This document shows positions 1 to 10,394 of a DNA stretch of 64,000 bases, piece after piece (positions within the stretch are counted from its first letter, which is position 1; each line of letters begins with the position of its first letter). The stretch is from Candidatus Pacebacteria bacterium CG10_big_fil_rev_8_21_14_0_10_44_54. Its GTDB lineage: Bacteria; Patescibacteriota; Microgenomatia; UBA1400; PJMF01. The stretch covers positions 1,214 through 65,213 of the forward strand of contig PFDI01000006.1 in the NCBI GenBank assembly GCA_002772695.1, given 5' to 3'. The notes under the pieces are model-generated. The model had not been told where the DNA came from. It made no database searches and worked only from the letters and a program-made list of their open reading frames with translations. The position numbers were made by a program, and so were the translations under genes.

Positions 1-333
1 TGCTGCACCAAACGTGACAGTGCTGGAGATCTTATCGGAATTGCCTTCAAGATTGCCAACATAAACTGCAAGTAAGCCACCCATCGAGTGTCCAAATATA
101 CTGACTTTGCCATCCTGTGATTCTCTGTCTATCACTTCTTGAACAGCATCGACCCAATCCCGCCAGGTAACTCCACGTAAATCTTCTCGCGAACCACCAT
201 GACCTGGCAGATTGAATAAAATTACTTCGTAGCCTTTTTCTGTGAGAGATCTTTCGAGACTTGTCCAGCCTGCAGCATCACCTGTTAAGCCGTGAATAAC
301 GATAATTTTGTTCGTTTCTGGCGGTTGTGGCAT
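1..333 (-). CDS. alpha/beta-fold hydrolase (esterase/lipase-like), 3' part; gene runs off the left edge
   Basis: Reverse-complement translation from the ATG at 331-333 gives MPQPPETNKIIVIHGLTGDAAGW...FGHSMGG. The HG oxyanion motif and GHSMGG nucleophile elbow (GxSxG) are typical of alpha/beta hydrolases. The ORF is open to the window edge. Confidence 0.6.
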   Translation of the reverse strand, partial: MPQPPETNKIIVIHGLTGDAAGWTSLERSLTEKGYEVILFNLPGHGGSREDLRGVTWRDWVDAVQEVIDRESQDGKVSIFGHSMGGLLAVYVGNLEGNSDKISSTVTFGAA

Positions 334-588
334 CGAAGCTGATTCAATCGCCTGGATTCTGACCACCGCAAAAAGGTTAAAGACAATTAATAATAAAATG
401 ATTTTTAATATTACTCGCACCACATCGTCCTACTTAATTTCTCTTTTCTCGTCTACTTTGACGACTACAGTCATGACATTCTTTCTGCTAGCAGAACTAA
501 GTAATGAAAGCATATGATGTTTGTTTTAATTGCCAAATTGTAGCATAAAAAACACTCGCTATAATCTGTCAAGCAAGCAGTTAGCTAA

Positions 589-1842
589 CTACCACCGCAC
601 CAACATAACTCCAATTTGATACAGATTCCAAGCAAATAGGATTGCAGTCATAAAAATTATCAAGCGATTTTTTACTGTGGTCAAAACCTGCGCTAATCCA
701 ACACTAAGAAATGGCAACGTCCCCACAAACATCCTCGATCCATATGGACCACCAACAATTTCTGGACCCCAGCTTGCAATTACATACAGTTGAGCTAGAA
801 AAACGAGCAAACAAATGACGGCCAACCAACGTTTAGTTTTTGCCAATATAAACAAACCCGCGAGGCAAATAACTGCTGTTGGTGCATAGCGAAAAAATCC
901 GTTGCCAGAAGAAAATAAAACGCGAGTAAAATCTGGAGCCAGCCAACTCAAGCTTTGTCCGCTAAGAATATACGGGCTCTGCCAGGATTGAAATAAAATC
1001 CAGCTAGTAATCAGCTGTGTACTTCCAATAGCTACAGCACTTCCAACTGCAAGAGAAATTTTTTTGAGCGTCGATAGCTTTGACGATATACGAAACAATA
1101 AACTGCCCAATAAAATAACACCAGTCAACACATCTTGATTGCGAACAAGACCTAACATACCAAGGCTTGCTCCAAGGCCAAACGCCTGCTTCCAGGTAAT
1201 TATTCGATTATTCCAAATCTCTCCCCAAAGGAAAAATGATAAACTAGCAAACAAGAAAGAGGCTGTGTGTGAGTTAAGTGGATCCAGCAAAATATAATAA
1301 AACAATTGGGTTGTTAGCAACAAAGAAATTATTGTCACTATAGCAATTTTTTCTGAAAAAAAACTTCGCAGTCCATGCAAACAAAAATAAACTCCAAGGA
1401 CCCCAAACCCAACTGCTCCTAGACCAACCATAACTTGCGTTACAAGCGAGTAACCATTTGTGAGTACTGAGGCGCCAATCCCTGACAAGACGTGTGTAAC
1501 AATTTGTCCCAAAATAAATGCTGGAATCCAGAGTAACCCTGTGCCAGGAGAAAATGTATTTACTATGCGCTGTGTTTGTGGATACAAAACTGGTTGATTT
1601 GGGAATGACAAACTTGGCTCAATGCTTTCATTTGCAAAATCAACATCAAAATCCATAACAAGTGAGCGAGTGTACGCATAGTAATAAATCGAGTCTCCCC
1701 AAACCGTGCTCCCCACACGCCACACGCCTACTAAATAAGTCAGTGAGGCAACAAAAAAGAAAACGGCCAACCAACGATGCATAGTAGTATGATGGAGCAT
1801 AATGAAAATACTGCAAGCACTTATCATTGGCATGCTTCTCAT
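589..1842 (-). CDS. polytopic integral membrane protein, putative GT-C-type glycosyltransferase; true start may be the internal Met at 1782
   Basis: 417-aa ORF with about 10 hydrophobic segments. A first-loop acidic motif YYYAYTRSLVMDFDVDF (DxD-like) resembles GT-C/PMT-like membrane glycosyltransferases. A start at 1782 would remove the overlap with the divergent gene at 1802. Confidence 0.45.
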   Translation of the reverse strand: MRSMPMISACSIFIMLHHTTMHRWLAVFFFVASLTYLVGVWRVGSTVWGDSIYYYAYTRSLVMDFDVDFANESIEPSLSFPNQPVLYPQTQRIVNTFSPGTGLLWIPAFILGQIVTHVLSGIGASVLTNGYSLVTQVMVGLGAVGFGVLGVYFCLHGLRSFFSEKIAIVTIISLLLTTQLFYYILLDPLNSHTASFLFASLSFFLWGEIWNNRIITWKQAFGLGASLGMLGLVRNQDVLTGVILLGSLLFRISSKLSTLKKISLAVGSAVAIGSTQLITSWILFQSWQSPYILSGQSLSWLAPDFTRVLFSSGNGFFRYAPTAVICLAGLFILAKTKRWLAVICLLVFLAQLYVIASWGPEIVGGPYGSRMFVGTLPFLSVGLAQVLTTVKNRLIIFMTAILFAWNLYQIGVMLVRW

Positions 1843-2836
1843 CGCCAGTTTTATTGTCGGAGTCTGGCTAGGTCCAAAACTTTCTATCCAACTTGATAAC
1901 TTTTCCTCTCCTGTGGTGACAGAAATAGTGATGCCAATCGAGCAACCATATCTGGCTTACAGCATCCCAACGCTACAGTCGAAGGTTATTGAACCAGTAC
2001 CTCAAATTGAGATTACAGAGCCAATTGCGACAGAAAGTGCTTTTGTAAGCTATCTAGTACGACTGCGATTTGGCAGTCGAAACATGACTGGACAACTAAA
2101 TGTGCCTAAAAAAATGACTACAAAGACTCCGATACTTCTCATGATACGCGGCTACGTCCCACCAGCCGCATATTCAACAGGTGTTGGTACCAAAAATGCT
2201 GCAGCGGTGTTTGCGTCCAACGGATATATCACTCTTGCTCCAGATTTTTTTGGGGTGGCAGGTAGCGATGAAGATTTGAGTGACATTTGGGAAGCTCGAT
2301 TTGAGAAGCCATTACTTATGGCACAGCTGTTGCGAAGCTTGCCGACATTTCAGGATGGAGAACGACCAGTCGGTATCTGGGCACACAGCAATGGTGGTCA
2401 AATTGCAGTAACAACACTCGAAATCCTACAACAACCAATTCCCACTACGCTCTGGGCACCAGTAACAGCTCCATTTCCATACTCTGTCCTATACTACAGC
2501 GACGAAGAAGAAGACGAAGGTCGTGCAGTACGTCTCTGGATTAATCAACTAGAATCTGAGTATGACTTGCGACAATTCTCGCTGCGACAATACATTTCTG
2601 CACTGACGGGCCCACTACAGATTCATCACGGACAACTGGACGAAGCCGCACCAAAAATTTGGAGTGATGAGTTTGTCGCTTTGCTTGATAAAAATCAAAT
2701 AAAATATACCTACCATCAATACCCGCAGGCAGATCACAACCTACGACCAAACTGGAATTTAGCCATACAAAGAGACCTAACCTTCTTTGCTCAAACACTC
2801 ACTAATCCAACAATTTCTTCTGATCTCCTTCTGTAA
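1802..2836 (+). CDS. membrane-anchored alpha/beta hydrolase (dienelactone hydrolase / S9 peptidase-like)
   Basis: N-terminal TM helix, then a hydrolase domain with nucleophile elbow WAHSNGG (GxSxG) and a C-terminal His region (QADHNL). Confidence 0.65.
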   Translation: MKILQALIIGMLLIASFIVGVWLGPKLSIQLDNFSSPVVTEIVMPIEQPYLAYSIPTLQSKVIEPVPQIEITEPIATESAFVSYLVRLRFGSRNMTGQLNVPKKMTTKTPILLMIRGYVPPAAYSTGVGTKNAAAVFASNGYITLAPDFFGVAGSDEDLSDIWEARFEKPLLMAQLLRSLPTFQDGERPVGIWAHSNGGQIAVTTLEILQQPIPTTLWAPVTAPFPYSVLYYSDEEEDEGRAVRLWINQLESEYDLRQFSLRQYISALTGPLQIHHGQLDEAAPKIWSDEFVALLDKNQIKYTYHQYPQADHNLRPNWNLAIQRDLTFFAQTLTNPTISSDLLL

Positions 2837-3911
2837 GCGAACCTTGAGTGACGGTTCTGACTGTATCTATTTTGCGCTCCAACTGTCTGTGTCTTGTACC
2901 CATTAATGCTTCGTAGTCATTGTGGAGTGTCGAAATTGAACGGCCATACTTTGCCAATTGTTCGCTAAATTTCCCCCACTCCGAGACAAATCCGTCGATG
3001 TGTTTTATCACTTCTTTGAGCTTGCCACCGATCATGAAGTTACGATAACTCTCTCGCACGGTTCTAGCTACAATAATAAATGAAAATGGAGACACAACTA
3101 TCACGCGCTGCTGCAGTGCTTCATCCAATACCTCTGGAAACTTTTGATTAAGAAAGGAAAAAACCATCTCATTTGGCACAAATAAGATAGCGTAATCGAG
3201 TGTATTACTATCTGGTTGAATATACTCGGCAACTTTCGAGATCTTCGCCCTAATGTTTGTACGCAGTTGTTTAATTAAAACCGTTTTTTCACTCGTACTT
3301 TTGCTTGATGCTAGCTTCTGAATATCGGCATAGGGAAACTTAACATCAACTGGCACTACCCGATCATTGGGTAATAACAGGGTAATATCCGGACGAGCAG
3401 TGCCCCCCACTTGCTTAGCTTGTCTTGCAAAATGTACACCTTCTATTAACCCGTTTACTCGTAGCAAATCCTCGATTATGCGCTCTCCCCACTCTCCTCG
3501 AGCTTGGTTATTTGACAACACTTTTGCCAACTGCTCAGTAGACTGCGCCAACTCGCTCGTAAGCTTGCGATTCTCGCTCAAGCTTGTGACTAATTCTGCA
3601 AACTTGTGTGATCTATCCTTTTCAAGACCTCGCAACTCATCTTGGCGTACTGCCAAATCTTTCTGTAGGCGAGTAACAAGCCCTTCAAGCATTTGTTGTT
3701 TATTGGCCAAATCAGTTTTTATCGCGTCACGATCTCCAGCTAACAATCGCTTGCTCTGCTCGGCTATTTTCTCGGCACTACGACCAAAAACTTCGTCGAC
3801 TAGCTTGGTCATGTCACTATCAGATTGCTTGGGCAACAACTGACGCAAAAAGAAATACAAGAATGCAAAACCAGCTACAATAACAAGTAAAATTACAATT
3901 TCAAAATCCAT
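2802..3911 (-). CDS. rmuC: DNA recombination protein RmuC
   Basis: 369 aa. N-terminal TM helix, a long coiled-coil segment, and a C-terminal RmuC nuclease-like domain (LLPNDRVVPVDVKFP...AILFVPNE...VIVVSPFSF). Confidence 0.8.
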   Translation of the reverse strand: MDFEIVILLVIVAGFAFLYFFLRQLLPKQSDSDMTKLVDEVFGRSAEKIAEQSKRLLAGDRDAIKTDLANKQQMLEGLVTRLQKDLAVRQDELRGLEKDRSHKFAELVTSLSENRKLTSELAQSTEQLAKVLSNNQARGEWGERIIEDLLRVNGLIEGVHFARQAKQVGGTARPDITLLLPNDRVVPVDVKFPYADIQKLASSKSTSEKTVLIKQLRTNIRAKISKVAEYIQPDSNTLDYAILFVPNEMVFSFLNQKFPEVLDEALQQRVIVVSPFSFIIVARTVRESYRNFMIGGKLKEVIKHIDGFVSEWGKFSEQLAKYGRSISTLHNDYEALMGTRHRQLERKIDTVRTVTQGSLTEGDQKKLLD

Positions 3912-3937
3912 AACTGCAAGCTAGTATACTAAACTCA

Positions 3938-4333
3938 GTGCAAAAAGCTCCCTCAAGATTACAACAGCCAAAACAATTTAAAAAATCTGCCTACCTCAAA
4001 ACACTTCCCTTTGGATTATTTAGTCTTGTAGGTCTAGGAGGGCTTTACTACCTGCTCACAAACATTTCTCCCCAACAAATTGCACATGTGCCACTACCAA
4101 ACATGTACGGTCCATTTCTTCTACTTATTTTTCTAAGTATTTTTTTTCTACTTGGATATGCGCTCAATAATACTCGCAGAGGCTTTGTTGCTGCGAGTAG
4201 CATTTCTTTACTTATTTTTTTACATTTGCAACATATTGTAATCAACAAATACGTGGTTGGGGCAATCGCTATTTTATTTCTGATCACTGAAGTTTTAGCC
4301 AAACGTACGCATCGGGAGCAAAAAGTGACATAA
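3938..4333 (+). CDS. hypothetical small membrane protein (3-4 TM)
   Basis: 131-aa ORF with hydrophobic segments and no recognisable motifs. It lies in an otherwise empty gap between rmuC and the TrpR-like gene. Confidence 0.4.
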   Translation: MQKAPSRLQQPKQFKKSAYLKTLPFGLFSLVGLGGLYYLLTNISPQQIAHVPLPNMYGPFLLLIFLSIFFLLGYALNNTRRGFVAASSISLLIFLHLQHIVINKYVVGAIAILFLITEVLAKRTHREQKVT

Positions 4334-4354
4334 TATGATAGACTACTGCCTGGT

Positions 4355-4699
4355 ATGAAGCAGAAAAAGCAAATACAGCCAAATTTTTTCGAACTACAGC
4401 TTGCAGGCACGCTAGCAGATATTCATGGCGCCGAAAAGATGCTTGTTTTCCTGCGAGCCTTTTTATCCAAAAATGAATTGGCACAGCTGGGTACGCGCCT
4501 CGCCATTCACGCAGAGCTGGAAGCCGGGCAATCATACGAACAGATTCAAAAAAAACTTGGTGTTTCAAGCGCAACAATATCGCTCGCTTCGCAACAACAA
4601 AAAAACAGCGCAATGAAAATGGCGCTGCAGCTACTTGCGCTTGACTCTTGGGCACGAGAAAAAGCAGAAAAAATTCGCCGCTACCTGCCTTTTCTCTAA
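4355..4699 (+). CDS. TrpR-related YerC/YecD-family HTH protein
   Basis: 114 aa. LSKNELAQLGTRLAIHAELEAGQSYEQIQKKLGVSSATISLAS matches the Trp-repressor-like HTH of the YerC/YecD family. Confidence 0.6.
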   Translation: MKQKKQIQPNFFELQLAGTLADIHGAEKMLVFLRAFLSKNELAQLGTRLAIHAELEAGQSYEQIQKKLGVSSATISLASQQQKNSAMKMALQLLALDSWAREKAEKIRRYLPFL

Positions 4700-4732
4700 T
4701 TTTCACTTATACTGGATACTAATAAAAAAACT

Positions 4733-6154
4733 ATGTCCGAAACGTACTACGTAACGACCGCTATCCCCTATATCAATGCCAAACCACATATTGGTCATGT
4801 TCTTGAGTGGTTCCAGGCAGATACACTAGCCCGCTATCACCGCTTATTAGGCAAAGACGTTGCCTTCACCAGTGGAACCGATGAAAATAGCCTCAAAAAT
4901 GTTCAAGCAGCAGAAAAAGCTGGGGTGGACGTACAGCATTGGCTTGACGAATACGCCAAAATTTTCCAAGATGCATTTGCTTATTTTGGCATAGAGCTTA
5001 CACACTTTCGTCGTGGCAGTGATCAAAATCGACACTGGCCAGGCGTACAAAAGCTTTGGCAACGCTGCGCGGACAATGGCGATATTTATAAAAAAACCTA
5101 TACGGGCCTCTACTGCGTAGGTTGCGAAAGTTTTTATACCAAAGAAGACTTGACAGAAGCTGGAGAGTGTCCTGAACACCTCACGAAACCAGAAAAAATC
5201 ACCGAGAAAAACTACTTTTTTCGTCTAACAAAATACCAAGACAAAATCCTCAGACTCTTCAATTCTGGAGAACACGAGATAGTTTCACAGCAATACAAAA
5301 ATGAAATGTTGCGATTTATCGAACGGGGCTTAGAAGATTTCAGCATCTCACGCTCGAGCACGCGAGCTCGTGGCATTGGCGTACCTGTGCCCGGTGATAA
5401 CTCGCAAGTCATGTATGTTTGGTTTGATGCGCTTGCAATTTATATTACAGCACTTGGCTGGGGAAGCGACGAAAGTGACTTCAAGAAATACTGGCCCTCG
5501 GCAGTGCAGGTGATTGGTAAAGGCATAAACAGATTTCACTCTATTTACTGGATTGGCATGCTTCTCTCGGCTAAACTTTCATTACCAAAAGTAACATTTG
5601 TTCATGGATATTTGACAGTAAGTGGTCAGAAAATGAGCAAATCACTTGGCAATGTACTTGATCCTTTTAAATTAGTAGAAGAATTTGGTCTTGAACCAAT
5701 ACGACACTACTTGCTGAGATATGTTCCTACGCACGCTGATGGTGATTTCTCTAGAGAAAAATTTGCCGAAACCTACACGGCCGACCTTGCCAACGGTATC
5801 GGCAATCTCTGCTCGCGAATTGCGAAGCTCAGTGAAAAATCTGAAATTTCAGGTGGAAAAACTCCTAGTGAGTTTGATCCGACATATGTCTCTGCTTTTA
5901 CAAATTTCGAGATCTCAGTCGCTTCAGAGTGGATACAAAACCAAATTCGCAATCTAGACGGCTTCCTCAGTGACCAAAAGCCTTGGAAAAAAGATACTGC
6001 AGAACGACATGAAATCCTAACTGTGGCAGTAGCACGTCTATTAAGCATTGGGTACCATCTTCAACCACTTTTACCAAAAACAGCCGAAAAAATTATCAAT
6101 CATTTCACCCAACCAAAAATTGCAGCAATCTCACCACTTTTCCCTCGGAAGTAA
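4733..6154 (+). CDS. metG: methionyl-tRNA synthetase, short form without a C-terminal tRNA-binding domain
   Basis: HIGH motif (PYINAKPHIGHVLE), zinc-knuckle Cys (CVGCESF...CPEH), KMSKS motif (QKMSKSLGNV). 473 aa. Confidence 0.95.
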   Translation: MSETYYVTTAIPYINAKPHIGHVLEWFQADTLARYHRLLGKDVAFTSGTDENSLKNVQAAEKAGVDVQHWLDEYAKIFQDAFAYFGIELTHFRRGSDQNRHWPGVQKLWQRCADNGDIYKKTYTGLYCVGCESFYTKEDLTEAGECPEHLTKPEKITEKNYFFRLTKYQDKILRLFNSGEHEIVSQQYKNEMLRFIERGLEDFSISRSSTRARGIGVPVPGDNSQVMYVWFDALAIYITALGWGSDESDFKKYWPSAVQVIGKGINRFHSIYWIGMLLSAKLSLPKVTFVHGYLTVSGQKMSKSLGNVLDPFKLVEEFGLEPIRHYLLRYVPTHADGDFSREKFAETYTADLANGIGNLCSRIAKLSEKSEISGGKTPSEFDPTYVSAFTNFEISVASEWIQNQIRNLDGFLSDQKPWKKDTAERHEILTVAVARLLSIGYHLQPLLPKTAEKIINHFTQPKIAAISPLFPRK

Positions 6155-6160
6155 TTTTGC

Positions 6161-6958
6161 ATGATTATTGACACACACTGCCATTATAATCTTGAACCGC
6201 TTTTTTCATCATGGCAAACACACTGGAATAAGGCACAAACCGCGGGTGTATTGGCGACCATAATTGTTGGCACAAATCTCGAATCTAGCAACATAGCTTA
6301 CAAGCTTGCCAAAGATAACAAAGCTTTTTTTGCAACTATAGGCCTACATCCAAATCACTTTCAAACCATGAAGCAGCTCGAAGAAATAGCCAAACTAGAA
6401 CCGCTAATTGCAGACACTAGCGTGGTAGCAATCGGCGAAATTGGTCTTGACTTCTTTCGACTCACTGACTCGCCTAGCGATCAACAAATTAAAGAATTGC
6501 AAAAACAAGGCTTCCGCCTACAACTCGAGCTTGCCGCAAGATATAACCTTCCTGTCTGCCTACACGTACGTGATAAACAAGCCGAAGCATACTTTGCTGT
6601 TTTAGAAATCATAAAATCTGTCGAGCGAAACCAGCTGCCATTTATTTTGCACTGCATCTCTGGACCAACTGAATATATAGCAGAAGCTCTAACGCTCGGT
6701 GCGTATCTAGGCGTTGCGGCAAATAGCACCTATCCAAATAACCATGCAATTCGAAGCAGTCTTGCAAAGTCACCAAACAACCGAATTTTACTAGAAACAG
6801 ATGCGCCGTACTTGCCACCACAACCATATCGCGGTCAAGTTTGCGAGCCATGGATGATTACTGAAACTGCCAAAGCACTATTTTCTCAAAAAAAAATTTC
6901 TGCTAACCAGATACTAAACAACACGAAGGCAGCTTTTTTAGATAAAATAACCATATGA
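6161..6958 (+). CDS. tatD: TatD-family metal-dependent DNase/hydrolase
   Basis: MIIDTHCHYNLEP start, IGEIGLDF, LHVRD and LETDAPYL motifs of the TatD family. Confidence 0.9.
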   Translation: MIIDTHCHYNLEPLFSSWQTHWNKAQTAGVLATIIVGTNLESSNIAYKLAKDNKAFFATIGLHPNHFQTMKQLEEIAKLEPLIADTSVVAIGEIGLDFFRLTDSPSDQQIKELQKQGFRLQLELAARYNLPVCLHVRDKQAEAYFAVLEIIKSVERNQLPFILHCISGPTEYIAEALTLGAYLGVAANSTYPNNHAIRSSLAKSPNNRILLETDAPYLPPQPYRGQVCEPWMITETAKALFSQKKISANQILNNTKAAFLDKITI

Positions 6959-8466
6959 ATATTGGAGAAAAAATAGCACGCTACGTGACTAGACACCCGG
7001 TAAAAACACAGCGAGGACTAGAAATTTTGCCAGGATTTGTCTCGTGGTCACTTATTCTCTTTCCAGTCTGGGGGTCATTTGTCGTACCTGAGGTAGTTGC
7101 ATACTACGTTATCACGTTTAGTGTGTACTGGCTGTATCGCTCAATTACTATGGCAATTTTTTCAGTTTTGGCACACCTAAAGGTGCGAGCAGCTAGTAAG
7201 TTTGATTGGCTAGACAATCTCAAGCAACAACACCCAAAAACCTGGAGCACGATTCATCACTGCATCATTATACCCACCTATAAGGAGCCGCTTGAAACCC
7301 TGGTGCGTACCTTGGCCGCGCTACAAGCCCAAACATTTCCAAAAGAAAACCTACATATTGTTCTATCTTTTGAGGAGCGCGAAGGTGCTGCTGCAAGAAA
7401 AAAAGCCGCGGAACTTTCACAAAGATTTCACAAAACATTTGGCTCACTTCTCACCACATATCACCCCGACATTGCAGATGAAATAAAGGGCAAGTCTTCC
7501 AATACTGCTTGGGGGGCGAGGCAAGCAAAGAAATTGATCATCGATAAAAAAAAGATCTCACTAAACAATACTACAATCACAAGTGAGGACGCAGATGCTT
7601 TATTTCACCAATCATACTTCACCGCACTTACCCATGACTTCTTGACTCGAGAAGATCGCTACAACTGTATCTGGCAAGGTTCGATCGTATTTTATAACAA
7701 TATTTGGAGTGTTCCCGCTCCAATCCGCGTGCTCGCCTCACTTTTTTCTGTGATTCAAATGCATCTACTGATGCGGTCAGATCGATTGATTAATTTCTCT
7801 ACCTACTCGACTTCTTTTCGGCATATAGTTGATATCGATTTTTGGGATACCGACGTCATACCCGAAGACTATCGTCTCTTCTTTAAATCCTACTTTGCCA
7901 AGAAAGGTAAGTTTGAGGTTCACCCAATCTTTTTACCAATCTACTCTGACGCACCAGAATCACCTACACGCTGGCAAACGTACAAAAATCAGTACGAACA
8001 ACTCAAACGCTGGGCTTGGGGTGTCAGCGATGACGCCTATATTATCAAGCAGTACCTCACAACTCCAAACGTTCCATTTTGGGATAAATCTATTCGTGTT
8101 CTTAAAACAATAGAGGATCATTTTCTTTGGCCAGTCAATTGGTTTGCTATTACAGTATCCGCGTTCTTTCCCCCACTTCTTAATGAGGAGTTTAATAGAA
8201 CCGTAATTGGTAAAACACTTCCACAAGTTACCTCTGCCCTCCTGACCGCCTCACTCATCTCAATGTTCGCAGTCTTTATTATTGACGCAATAAATCGCCC
8301 ACCAAGACCCAAAAAGAGAAGATTTTTGTCAATTATCTTTCAGCCACTCGAGTTTTTGCTCTTACCCATCATTGGTTTTTTCTTTTCTGCCCTGCCTGGC
8401 ATTGATGCACACACCAGACTGATGCTTGGAAAATATTTAGAGTATAAGGTGACAGAAAAAGTTTAA
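6955..8466 (+). CDS. membrane-embedded family-2 glycosyltransferase (GT-A fold) with N- and C-terminal TM segments
   Basis: CIIIPTYKEPLETLVRTLAALQAQTFP is a GT2 nucleotide-sugar binding region. A DAD (DxD) motif is present. Flanking hydrophobic helices suggest a synthase-like membrane GT. Its ATG overlaps the tatD stop. Confidence 0.7.
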   Translation: MNIGEKIARYVTRHPVKTQRGLEILPGFVSWSLILFPVWGSFVVPEVVAYYVITFSVYWLYRSITMAIFSVLAHLKVRAASKFDWLDNLKQQHPKTWSTIHHCIIIPTYKEPLETLVRTLAALQAQTFPKENLHIVLSFEEREGAAARKKAAELSQRFHKTFGSLLTTYHPDIADEIKGKSSNTAWGARQAKKLIIDKKKISLNNTTITSEDADALFHQSYFTALTHDFLTREDRYNCIWQGSIVFYNNIWSVPAPIRVLASLFSVIQMHLLMRSDRLINFSTYSTSFRHIVDIDFWDTDVIPEDYRLFFKSYFAKKGKFEVHPIFLPIYSDAPESPTRWQTYKNQYEQLKRWAWGVSDDAYIIKQYLTTPNVPFWDKSIRVLKTIEDHFLWPVNWFAITVSAFFPPLLNEEFNRTVIGKTLPQVTSALLTASLISMFAVFIIDAINRPPRPKKRRFLSIIFQPLEFLLLPIIGFFFSALPGIDAHTRLMLGKYLEYKVTEKV

Positions 8467-10050
8467 ATGACTATACTGAGTGCACAAATGAAATTACTCT
8501 CAGAAATTCGCGAGCGCTTGCGTGAGCCAAAAAGCATCTTGTTTCTATTGCTCCTACTTCTTACCTTACTAAGAGTTCCTAATTTCTCAGAACCGTACTG
8601 GTATGGTGATGAGGGAATCTACCTTACAATTGGCAACGCCTTGCGTGAAGGTGGTACGCTCTACACCACTATTGTTGATCATAAAACGCCACTCATTTAC
8701 TACCTCGCTATGATTGTTGATAACCAACTACAGTTTCGTGTGCTGCTGTATGGCATGATGCTGCTCTCAACCGCTGCTTTCTTCTCGCTTTGTCAAACAT
8801 TGTTTTCTCGACTCAAACCTGCTGCATTTGCTACCCTACTCTTTGTTGTCTTTACTTCTCTGCCCTGGTTTGAAGGGCATATCCCCAACGGAGAACTATT
8901 TGTCATTTCATTTGTACTGTATGGAGCTTGGCTCTTTGTCAAAACACCTGTGGCACAGGCCTTCTTTTTACGAAAGACTGTCAAAACACAAAAAAACTTT
9001 CTGCTGTTTGCGGCTGGAGTCAGCTTTGGTCTTGCGCTGCTAACAAAAGTACCTGCCTTATTTGATATCATCGCCTTTGGCGCAGTTTTTGTTTTCTTGA
9101 TTTGGAGGGAGCATTTCCAACTTCTCACTACTCGACTAAAGGAAGCTTTTGTCTTTGTAGCAGGCTGCCTTATACCGCTTGTGCTCTCAATTGTATATTT
9201 TTATGCAATAGGCTCAGGCAGTGACTATCTTGATTTTGGCTTGCTCTATAACTTCAAGTATGCAGGATCATGGCAACTTGCATTTGCTAGTCCTGTTGTG
9301 CTTTTTCTCTTTAGTTTACCAGGAAAAACACTTGTTCTCGGCAGCATACTACTACTCATACTTGGTCTGAATAAAAAACTTTCAGCGGCCAGCCAGTTTT
9401 CACTCGCTTGGTTTTGGCTCTCATTATTTGCTAGCCTTCTTTCTAATCGACCATATCCGCATTATTTCTTGCAGGCAATTCCCCCCGCTGCAATTCTAGT
9501 AGTACTACTGATTATGCAAACAAGAAAAATTTCTTCAGCCTCCAATGCTATCAAGCTTACTTTGCTTGGTGGAAGCCTGAGTACGTTGCTTGCCGTGCTT
9601 GTTTTGCTGCATGTTGGACTTTATAGCACTGTCTCTTACTACACAAATTGGCTCCGTTACATGAGCAAGCAAACAAGCAGACAAGAGTACTATCAATCAT
9701 TTGACAAGCTAATGAGTGACAACTATGCGGCTGCAAAACTTATTATCACCACACAAGACAAACCAAGTCTGTTTATCTGGGGCACTAATCCCATGCTATA
9801 TGCGCTCACCAAAGCCGTGCCTCCTACTCGCTTTACAGTTTCATTTCATGTTGCTGATTTGGATGTATACAGTGAAACTATGTCCGATGTCTATTCCGCT
9901 CAGCCTGAATTCATTGTCGTAATGAACAACGAGTCGAGAAACCTACCTGGCCTCAATGCAATGCTTTTCGAAGCGTATACACTCAATGCACAGTACCAAC
10001 ACTTTACACTTTGGAAACGGTTATCGAACGCATCAAGCCTGCTATACTAG
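8467..10050 (+). CDS. GT-C family glycosyltransferase (ArnT/PMT_2-like; uses a polyprenyl-phosphate-sugar donor)
   Basis: 527 aa with more than 10 TM helices. The first-loop motif EPYWYGDEGIYLTIGNAL corresponds to the conserved DE/acidic motif of ArnT/PMT-type GT-C enzymes. Confidence 0.7.
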   Translation: MTILSAQMKLLSEIRERLREPKSILFLLLLLLTLLRVPNFSEPYWYGDEGIYLTIGNALREGGTLYTTIVDHKTPLIYYLAMIVDNQLQFRVLLYGMMLLSTAAFFSLCQTLFSRLKPAAFATLLFVVFTSLPWFEGHIPNGELFVISFVLYGAWLFVKTPVAQAFFLRKTVKTQKNFLLFAAGVSFGLALLTKVPALFDIIAFGAVFVFLIWREHFQLLTTRLKEAFVFVAGCLIPLVLSIVYFYAIGSGSDYLDFGLLYNFKYAGSWQLAFASPVVLFLFSLPGKTLVLGSILLLILGLNKKLSAASQFSLAWFWLSLFASLLSNRPYPHYFLQAIPPAAILVVLLIMQTRKISSASNAIKLTLLGGSLSTLLAVLVLLHVGLYSTVSYYTNWLRYMSKQTSRQEYYQSFDKLMSDNYAAAKLIITTQDKPSLFIWGTNPMLYALTKAVPPTRFTVSFHVADLDVYSETMSDVYSAQPEFIVVMNNESRNLPGLNAMLFEAYTLNAQYQHFTLWKRLSNASSLLY

Positions 10051-10056
10051 TGCGGT

Positions 10057-10389
10057 ATGGCATATTTGCAACAATTTCGCACACCACTAATCGGTAATAT
10101 TATCATCATTCTTATTCAAGTCAGCCTGACTGTTGTAGCCTTAAAAACCATACAGCCAGTTGTTCCACTTCTAAACAATCAGCAGCTGGCAAACAACACG
10201 CTGTTGCCAAAAGCTTGGCTGACAGTTATTCCTACACTCTCACTCTTTTTTAGCCTCTGTAGCCTTTCACTCATGGTTTTTTGTCACAGCTTGAACAAAA
10301 CAGTTTTACATTTATTTGCTTGGACCAGCACAGCATTTAATGGCATTTTATTACTCGCGCTCACTCGCATCATTATGCTTGTCAGGTAA
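10057..10389 (+). CDS. small 3-4 TM membrane protein, possibly a GtrA-like flippase accessory
   Basis: 110-aa hydrophobic ORF embedded in the glycosyltransferase cluster. The GtrA assignment rests on size, topology and context only. Confidence 0.4.
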   Translation: MAYLQQFRTPLIGNIIIILIQVSLTVVALKTIQPVVPLLNNQQLANNTLLPKAWLTVIPTLSLFFSLCSLSLMVFCHSLNKTVLHLFAWTSTAFNGILLLALTRIIMLVR

Positions 10390-10394
10390 TACAT

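Noticed and set aside
308-517. 69-aa plus-strand ORF at the left edge
   Set aside because: Its 5' part is antisense to the well-supported alpha/beta hydrolase gene (1-333, minus). The remainder is AT-rich spacer with no motifs. It is a likely shadow ORF.
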